A stretch of 31,908 bases of DNA from an uncultured Bacteroidota bacterium. GTDB lineage: Bacteria; Bacteroidota; Bacteroidia; UBA7662. Location of the stretch: the NCBI GenBank assembly GCA_903908015.1, contig CAIVQI010000100.1, forward strand, positions 1-31,908. The letters run 5' to 3'. Positions within the stretch are counted from its first letter, which is position 1; every line of letters starts with the position of its first letter. Of this stretch, positions 25,659 through 31,908 are shown one piece after another. Both the position numbers and the translations under genes were made by a program. The notes beneath the pieces were generated by a model. That model saw only the letters and a program-made list of their open reading frames with translations. It had not been told where the DNA came from and made no database searches.

Positions 25659-25685
25659 GGTCGCTATGTGAGTCGTAGCGTAACC
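25659..25685 (+). other. Stem-loop in the rpsO-pnp spacer without a U-tail
   Basis: GGT-CGCTATG-tgagt-CGTAGCG-(ta)-ACC. Confidence 0.55.
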
Positions 25686-25722
25686 CGCTGTTGGTCAGAG
25701 AACATTGAGAATTAAATTATTT

Positions 25723-27957
25723 ATGAAACCAAATCCCATCACTCAAACCATCGATTTAGGCGATGGGCGACAAATTATATTGGAAACAGGCCTTTTGGCC
25801 AAACAAGCCGACGGTGCAGTAGTCCTGAAAATGGGCGATACGATGTTGTTGGCCACCGTTGTTTCCGCCAAAGAAGCCAAGGAGGACGTCGATTTCATGC
25901 CTCTTACGGTAGATTACCAAGAGAAGTTTGCGTCTGCGGGTAAGATTCCGGGCGGTTTTCTGAAGCGTGAGGGTAGGTTGTCTGATTACGAGATTCTCAT
26001 CAGCCGGCTCATTGACCGCGCCCTGAGGCCTATGTTCCCAGAGGATTATCACGCCGATACACAAGTTCAAGTCACGCTCATCAGTGCGGATAAGGATATT
26101 CAGCCTGATGCATTGGCCGGACTTGCGGCTTCTGCTGCACTTGCCGTTTCTGACGTCCCTTTTAACGGGCCCATTTCAGAAGTTAGGGTAGCACGCATCA
26201 ATGGCCAGTTCATTGTCAACCCGAACATTTCACAGATGTCTCAGGCCGATATTGATATTATTGTGGCCGCCACCAAAGACAATGTAGTGATGGTGGAAGG
26301 AGAAGCTAAAGAATGTTCGGAAGAGGAATTGGCAGCGGCGATTCATATTGCGCATGAAGCTATTAAGGTACAGTGCCAAGCCCAACTCAATCTTCGGGCA
26401 GCAGTGGGTGCGCGCCCCAGAGATTATAGCCACGAGCGTAGCGATGAATCGCTACAACAGGCCATTGAATCATTTTGCTACGATAAAGTTTATGCTGTTG
26501 CGCGGTCAGGAGCCTCAAAGCAAGATCGATCAGCAGGTTTCAAACAGGTATTGCAAGAATTTATAGCCTCCCGTCCGGAAGGAGAAACACCCGATTCCTT
26601 TTTGACCCGCAAATACTTTCATGAGGTTGAGTATCGAGCCATGCGAAACATGATCCTCGACGAAGAACGTAGACTTGACGGACGGAAACTCGATGTGGTT
26701 CGTCCCATTTGGTGTGAAGTAGGATACCTCCCTTCACCACATGGTTCTGCAGTCTTCACCAGGGGTGAAACACAATCGCTAACTTCAGTGACGCTGGGTT
26801 CAAAAGATGACGAACAAATGCTGGACGGCGCCATGTTTGCCGGTTACAATAGGTTCATGCTTCACTATAACTTCCCGTCGTTTTCTACAGGCGAAACCCG
26901 CCCCAACCGGGGTCCTGGTCGACGAGAAATTGGTCATGGTAATCTTGCCATGCGTTCTTTGAAGCAAGTGCTTCCTCCTGTTGAGGAATGTCCATACACC
27001 ATTCGCATTGTGAGTGACATTTTAGAGTCGAATGGTTCCTCCTCAATGGCGACCGTTTGCGCAGGCTCGCTCGCTCTGATGGATGCTGGTGTTCAGATTA
27101 GTGGCCCAGTTTCTGGCATTGCCATGGGCCTCATTACAGATGGAAGCCGATTTAAAGTGCTTTCCGATATTTTGGGTGACGAAGATCACTTGGGTGATAT
27201 GGATTTCAAGGTAACCGGTACGGCTAAGGGTATAACGGCCTGCCAAATGGACATCAAAATCGATGGCTTGCCTGCAGAGGTTTTGTCGAAGGCCTTAGCC
27301 CAAGCGGCTGAGGGAAGGGCACATATTCTCAATGAAATGAATAAATCGCTGGCGGCACCGCGCGCGGATTATCGTCCGCAGGTACCCCGAATCACCCAGC
27401 TGAAGATTGACCGGGAATTCATTGGTGCGGTGATTGGGCCTGGAGGAAAGATTATTCAGGAAATTCAGCGCGAAACCAATTCCACCATCAGCATAGAAGA
27501 GGTCGGTGAATTTGGTATGGTGCAAATCTACACAGCCGATAAGACGGGAATGGATGCTGCTGTGCGCCGCATAACAGGCATTGCAGCAAAGGCTGAGGTT
27601 GGAGCCATTTATACGGGTAAGGTGAGATCGATTATGCCTTTCGGTGCGTTTGTCGAGTTTTTGCCCGGAAAAGATGGATTATTGCACATCAGCGAGATCC
27701 GTTGGGAGCGACTCGAAACGATGGATGGTATTTATAAGGAAGGCGATCAAATTCAGGTAAAGCTGGTGGAGGTCGACCCCAAAACCGGTAAGTTCCGCTT
27801 GTCTGCCAAGGCATTGTTGCCGAGGCCGGAGGGTATGCCAGAATCATCAGATCGCCCGCCTCGACGGGATGACCGTGGGGGTGATCGTAGAGATAGGGGC
27901 GAACGCAGGGATAGGGGAGAACGTGGCGAGAGGAAAGATCGTTCAGAACCCAATTGA
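25723..27957 (+). CDS. pnp: Polyribonucleotide nucleotidyltransferase (PNPase)
   Basis: [64 protein letters not shown] motif VIGPGGK and S1 domain. Start at ATG 25723. Confidence 0.97.
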   Translation: MKPNPITQTIDLGDGRQIILETGLLAKQADGAVVLKMGDTMLLATVVSAKEAKEDVDFMPLTVDYQEKFASAGKIPGGFLKREGRLSDYEILISRLIDRALRPMFPEDYHADTQVQVTLISADKDIQPDALAGLAASAALAVSDVPFNGPISEVRVARINGQFIVNPNISQMSQADIDIIVAATKDNVVMVEGEAKECSEEELAAAIHIAHEAIKVQCQAQLNLRAAVGARPRDYSHERSDESLQQAIESFCYDKVYAVARSGASKQDRSAGFKQVLQEFIASRPEGETPDSFLTRKYFHEVEYRAMRNMILDEERRLDGRKLDVVRPIWCEVGYLPSPHGSAVFTRGETQSLTSVTLGSKDDEQMLDGAMFAGYNRFMLHYNFPSFSTGETRPNRGPGRREIGHGNLAMRSLKQVLPPVEECPYTIRIVSDILESNGSSSMATVCAGSLALMDAGVQISGPVSGIAMGLITDGSRFKVLSDILGDEDHLGDMDFKVTGTAKGITACQMDIKIDGLPAEVLSKALAQAAEGRAHILNEMNKSLAAPRADYRPQVPRITQLKIDREFIGAVIGPGGKIIQEIQRETNSTISIEEVGEFGMVQIYTADKTGMDAAVRRITGIAAKAEVGAIYTGKVRSIMPFGAFVEFLPGKDGLLHISEIRWERLETMDGIYKEGDQIQVKLVEVDPKTGKFRLSAKALLPRPEGMPESSDRPPRRDDRGGDRRDRGERRDRGERGERKDRSEPN

Positions 27958-27967
27958 ACATTGAATC

Positions 27968-28006
27968 ATTCATGGCAACATCATTGGTTGCATGGATTGT
28001 TTTTTT
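27968..28006 (+). terminator. Probable intrinsic terminator after pnp
   Basis: Bulged stem CATG(G)CAAC-atcattg-GTTGCATG followed by a T7 run at 28000-28006. Confidence 0.55.
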
Positions 28007-28109
28007 GTTCATTTTGGCTTGCGATTTTACAATAGCCTGATTTTAAGAGGTTAGAAACCGTTTCGGATACATTTTGATCGATTCTTCTTCAAAATATCAA
28101 CTATAGCCT

Positions 28110-28979
28110 ATGCGTCAGCTGAAAATCAGCAAGCAAATCACCAACCGGGAGAGCCAATCATTGGAGAAATATCTTCAGGAAATTGGTCGTGTCGATTTAA
28201 TTAGTCCCGACGAAGAGGTTGAGTTGGCCAAACGGATTAGGCTGGGCGACCAAAAAGCACTGGAGCGATTAACCACGGCAAATCTGCGGTTTGTGGTTTC
28301 TGTGGCCAAGCAATACCAGAATCAGGGCCTCACGCTGGGTGACTTGATTAATGAAGGAAATTTAGGATTAATTAAGGCCGCGCAAAGGTTTGACGAAACA
28401 AGGGGATTCAAATTCATTTCTTATGCTGTTTGGTGGATTCGTCAATCGATACTTCAGGCACTGGCTGAACAGTCACGCATCGTTCGGCTTCCACTCAATC
28501 AAGTCGGTACCCTCAATAAAATAGTAAAGGCCTTTTCCAAATTGGAACAGGAATTTGAGCGCGAACCAACAGCAGAGGAGTTGGCCAATATTTTGGAGAT
28601 GACGGTTAGTGAAGTGGAAAATAGTCTTAAGGTATCGGGCCGTCATATTTCAGTAGATGCTCCTTTGGCTGATGGTGAGGATAGTTCACTTCTCGATGTA
28701 TTGCGTGATGATGAGGCCGCCAAACCGGACAACGCACTCATTGATGAATCGTTAAGTAAGGAGGTCGAATATGCGCTCACGGTACTCACCACTCGGGAGG
28801 CGGATGTGCTCCGTTATTTTTTTGGATTGGGTGGCCGACAACCGCAATCCCTTGAGGAGATCGGTTCGAATTTGGGTTTAACCCGTGAGCGGGTGAGGCA
28901 GATTAAGGAGAAGTCTATTCGAAGGCTGCGGGCGACAACCAAAAGCCGGATTTTGAAAGCCTACCTGGGAGGCAATTGA
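28110..28979 (+). CDS. rpoD: Primary sigma-70 factor, short Bacteroidota type (no region 1.1)
   Basis: [14 protein letters not shown] start, [44 protein letters not shown] and region 4 [12 protein letters not shown]. Confidence 0.93.
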   Translation: MRQLKISKQITNRESQSLEKYLQEIGRVDLISPDEEVELAKRIRLGDQKALERLTTANLRFVVSVAKQYQNQGLTLGDLINEGNLGLIKAAQRFDETRGFKFISYAVWWIRQSILQALAEQSRIVRLPLNQVGTLNKIVKAFSKLEQEFEREPTAEELANILEMTVSEVENSLKVSGRHISVDAPLADGEDSSLLDVLRDDEAAKPDNALIDESLSKEVEYALTVLTTREADVLRYFFGLGGRQPQSLEEIGSNLGLTRERVRQIKEKSIRRLRATTKSRILKAYLGGN

Positions 28980-28995
28980 GGCGAAAGACGCCTCA
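28977..28995. other. GC-rich hairpin between convergent rpoD and prfC
   Basis: TGAGGCG-aaaga-CGCCTCA begins at the rpoD stop codon. There is no U-tail on either strand. Confidence 0.5.
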
Positions 28996-29019
28996 TGGGT
29001 CGTGTTGGAACAATCGCGA

Positions 29020-30621
29020 TTAGTCTACTGCTTCTTCTTCCTTGAGCATGACTTCAGCGGAAAATCGAAAATTTAATTTGGGGTAATCGGCGATGGCCCG
29101 TTCCAACATCCACAGACTGTCTGCTAAATAAACAGGCCTGTCGTCCTTGTCGAATGCCATCTGATCCCGTTTGAAGCGAAAGAATTCCTCTGCATCGCCC
29201 GGGTGTTCGCTTTCTACCCAGCAGGCTTTCAGGTATGAGAGCGGTCGGAAGGTCACTTTTGCGCCGTATTCCTGCAATAGCCTAAATTGAATGACATCAA
29301 ATTGCAGTTCACCTACCGTGCCTATGATTTTTCGGTTGCCGGGTTGTTGGGTGAACAATTGGGCCACACCCTCGTCGGTTAATTGCCTCAATCCCTTTTC
29401 AAATTGTTTGGCGCGAAAAGGGTCCTGGTTCTCCACGGCCCTAAAGATTTCCGGCGAAAAAGTTGGTATGCCCTTGAAGAAAAAGCTGGTGCCCTCTGTA
29501 AGCGAATCCCCTATTTTAAAATGGCCTGTATCGTAGAGCCCTACCACATCCCCTGGCCATGCCTCTTCTACCAAATTTCGCTCGTTGGCCTGAAACATGA
29601 CAGGCGAACTGAACCTTAATTTCTTGTGCAGTCGCGGATGGAAATAAAATTGATTTTTTTTGAATACGCCAGAGCATATCCTAAAGAATGCGATTCGATC
29701 ACGGTGGTTGGGATCGAGGTTGGCATGGATTTTAAAAACAAAGCCAGACAAGTTCTTGTCTATTGGATGAACAGTACCCCTGTTCGTTGTTCTGGACACC
29801 GGTGATGGAGCCAACTCCACGAAAGTGTCGAGAAGTTCCCGGATACCAAAATTATTTAGTGCGCTGCCAAAGAAAACGGGCGCCAGATCACCTGCTCGGT
29901 ATGCTTCCTTAGTGAATTTAGGCAAAACCGATGTCAATTCTACATCTTGCCTCAAGGCCTCGGCCGCACGACCCAAAATCGTGTCGATGGCAGGGTCTTG
30001 AAGCGATGTATACGAACGTACATCGTCGGAGATACCAGTTTTATTTGGAGAAAATAAGTTCAGTTCACTCCTGTGGAGGTTATAAACCCCTTTAAATGTA
30101 GCGCCCCCTGAAATGGGCCAGCTGAGCGGCGTCACCCGAATTTTCAGCTTATGTTCTAGTTCATCCAGTAAATCGAATGGGTCTTTACCGTCGCGATCCA
30201 ATTTGTTGACGAAAATCATGACCGGAATTTGGCGCATTCGGCATACAGCCATCAATTTGTCTGTCTGTTCTTCCACGCCACGGGCGATGTCGACCACCAA
30301 AATCACGGAGTCGACTGCAGTTAAAGTTCTGTAGGTATCCTCTGCGAAGTCTTTGTGACCGGGCGTATCGAGTATGTTCACGCGAAAGCCTTTGTAGTCG
30401 AATCCCATTACCGAGGTGGCCACCGAAATGCCACGCTGCTTCTCAATTTCCATAAAGTCTGAAGTGGCAGACTTACGGATTTTATTGCTTTTAACAGCAC
30501 CTGCGGTCTGAATGGCCCCGCCGAATAAAAGAAACTTTTCCGTTAGCGTGGTTTTGCCCGCATCTGGGTGAGATATAATGGCAAAGGTTCTGCGCCGCTC
30601 GATTTCCTGTTGTGGGTTCAC
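29020..30621 (-). CDS. prfC: Peptide chain release factor 3
   Basis: [51 protein letters not shown] and [13 protein letters not shown] start at 30621 gives the usual N-terminal length; the ORF-track TTG at 30630 sits inside the promoter motif. Confidence 0.96.
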   Translation of the reverse strand: MNPQQEIERRRTFAIISHPDAGKTTLTEKFLLFGGAIQTAGAVKSNKIRKSATSDFMEIEKQRGISVATSVMGFDYKGFRVNILDTPGHKDFAEDTYRTLTAVDSVILVVDIARGVEEQTDKLMAVCRMRQIPVMIFVNKLDRDGKDPFDLLDELEHKLKIRVTPLSWPISGGATFKGVYNLHRSELNLFSPNKTGISDDVRSYTSLQDPAIDTILGRAAEALRQDVELTSVLPKFTKEAYRAGDLAPVFFGSALNNFGIRELLDTFVELAPSPVSRTTNRGTVHPIDKNLSGFVFKIHANLDPNHRDRIAFFRICSGVFKKNQFYFHPRLHKKLRFSSPVMFQANERNLVEEAWPGDVVGLYDTGHFKIGDSLTEGTSFFFKGIPTFSPEIFRAVENQDPFRAKQFEKGLRQLTDEGVAQLFTQQPGNRKIIGTVGELQFDVIQFRLLQEYGAKVTFRPLSYLKACWVESEHPGDAEEFFRFKRDQMAFDKDDRPVYLADSLWMLERAIADYPKLNFRFSAEVMLKEEEAVD

Positions 30622-30627
30622 GGGAGG

Positions 30628-30635
30628 CAAAAGTA
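30628..30635 (-). promoter_or_regulatory. -7 promoter element for prfC
   Basis: Minus-strand TACTTTTG (perfect match), 6 nt after the clpB stop and 6 nt before the GTG. Confidence 0.7.
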
Positions 30636-30641
30636 CGCGAA

Positions 30642-31908
30642 TTAATCGACCGTTTCTTCTATTGAATTGCGGAAAACGATGCCCGATTCCTCAAAGTAGT
30701 CGATCCAAATGGCTTGATCTGATTTTATTTCGCCCGACAGGAGTGCGCGCGAGAGGCGGTTGAGGATCTCTTTCTGAATAATTCTTTTCAGAGGCCTAGC
30801 GCCAAAAAGTGGATCAAATCCCGCCTCCGCAAGAAAACGCACCGCTGCATCAGAAGCGGCCACGCTGATGTTTTTGCTTTCGAGTTGCTTGCGCAGCTGG
30901 GCGATATGGAGTGACACGATCCGCCGAATTTCATCTTTTGTGAGGGGCTGGAAAACAACAATTTCATCGATTCTATTGAGGAATTCGGGACGGAGGCTGG
31001 CACGAAGCAAGTGCATCAATTCACTTTCGATTTCTGTCATCACCTGTTCCCGATTTCGTTCCTCAATGTCTTCCAAGCGTGATTGAATGATTGGAGCCCC
31101 AAGGTTGGACGTCATCACAATAAGGGTATTTCGAAAGTTCACCGTGCGTCCCTTACTGTCAGTGAGTCGGCCCTCGTCGAGTACCTGCAGCAAAAGATTG
31201 AATACGTCGGGATGCGCCTTTTCAATTTCGTCGAGCAGAATCACCGAATATGGGTGGGTACGCACGGCCTCCGTGAGTTGGCCTCCTTCATCATACCCCA
31301 CATAACCTGGAGGCGCGCCCACGAGCCGAGATACACTGTGTTTTTCTTGGTACTCACTCATGTCGATGCGCACCATGGCTTGTTCATCGTTGAATAAAAA
31401 AGCAGCAATGGCTTTGGCCAGCTCTGTTTTTCCTACGCCAGTTGAGCCGAGAAAAAGGAAACTGCCTATGGGGCGTTTTTCGTCGTGAAGACCAGAACGC
31501 GACCGCCTAACGGCGTCAGATACCACATTGATCGCTTGATCCTGACCAATCACCCGCTTGTGCAGCTCATCTTCCATGCGGAGGAGTTTCATGCGTTCGC
31601 CTTCCAGCATTTTCTGAACGGGGATCCCTGTCCATTTCGACACTACTTCTGCAATATCTTCTGCGGTAACCTCTTCCTTTAGCATTTTTTCACGCGTAGA
31701 ATCAGTTTTCGCTTGTTGTTGGTATTCGTTCAATTTGACCTCGGCTTCTTTCAGTCGACCGTACCGAATTTCTGCAACGCGACCATAATCGGCGGCTCGT
31801 TCGGCCTGTTCTGCTTCTAGTTTTAATCGCTCGATGTTTTCTTTTGTCGATTGTATTTTCTCCATAAGCTCCTTTTCTGAACGCCAGCGGCTCCTTAAAC
31901 CATCGGCA
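30642..31908 (-). CDS. clpB: ATP-dependent chaperone ClpB, 3' portion (end of M-domain and NBD2; 5' end outside the window)
   Basis: AAEIRYG-type M-domain segment (RVAEIRYG), [53 protein letters not shown] and FGARPLKR. Frame is open to the window edge. Confidence 0.96.
   Translation of the reverse strand, partial: ADGLRSRWRSEKELMEKIQSTKENIERLKLEAEQAERAADYGRVAEIRYGRLKEAEVKLNEYQQQAKTDSTREKMLKEEVTAEDIAEVVSKWTGIPVQKMLEGERMKLLRMEDELHKRVIGQDQAINVVSDAVRRSRSGLHDEKRPIGSFLFLGSTGVGKTELAKAIAAFLFNDEQAMVRIDMSEYQEKHSVSRLVGAPPGYVGYDEGGQLTEAVRTHPYSVILLDEIEKAHPDVFNLLLQVLDEGRLTDSKGRTVNFRNTLIVMTSNLGAPIIQSRLEDIEERNREQVMTEIESELMHLLRASLRPEFLNRIDEIVVFQPLTKDEIRRIVSLHIAQLRKQLESKNISVAASDAAVRFLAEAGFDPLFGARPLKRIIQKEILNRLSRALLSGEIKSDQAIWIDYFEESGIVFRNSIEETVD

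Noticed and set aside
28110-28979. Primary sigma factor lacking region 1.1
   Set aside because: An established phylum-wide trait of Bacteroidota, not novel.
1-31908. Mobile elements, CRISPR, defence systems, rRNA/tRNA, inteins
   Set aside because: No integrase, transposase or cas-like ORF, no spaced repeat array, no cloverleaf or rRNA-like stretch, and no intein-sized insertion in SufB, PNPase or ClpB. Spacers are too short to hide such genes, apart from 8637-8876.

Overview
A 31.9 kb chromosomal segment of a Bacteroidota bacterium. The evidence is a T9SS type-B C-terminal domain protein, a short primary sigma factor lacking region 1.1, and several TAnnTTTG -7 promoter elements. It is mostly housekeeping: sdhAB, ribC, yceI, NUDIX, alkaline phosphatase, the SUF operon, fabH, comEC, fbaB, accD, rpsO, pnp, rpoD, prfC and the 3' half of clpB. 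I saw no mobile element, CRISPR array, rRNA or tRNA. The most interesting part is a tightly packed minus-strand run: sufB-C-D-S-E-sufT, fabH, PTPS, folE, SDR, CPD photolyase, ctlX and DUF2256. The PTPS has the animal-like Cx5HGH (BH4-type) signature and the SDR has lost its catalytic Tyr. This suggests a pterin-biosynthesis module co-expressed with photorepair. Smaller points: a 58-aa DUF2256 gene missing from the ORF track, an unexplained 240-nt interval with a MerR-HTH-like broken frame, three candidate leaderless genes, a duplicated translation start in yceI and a candidate S15 leader. All family calls are from motif recognition by eye; no database search was run.
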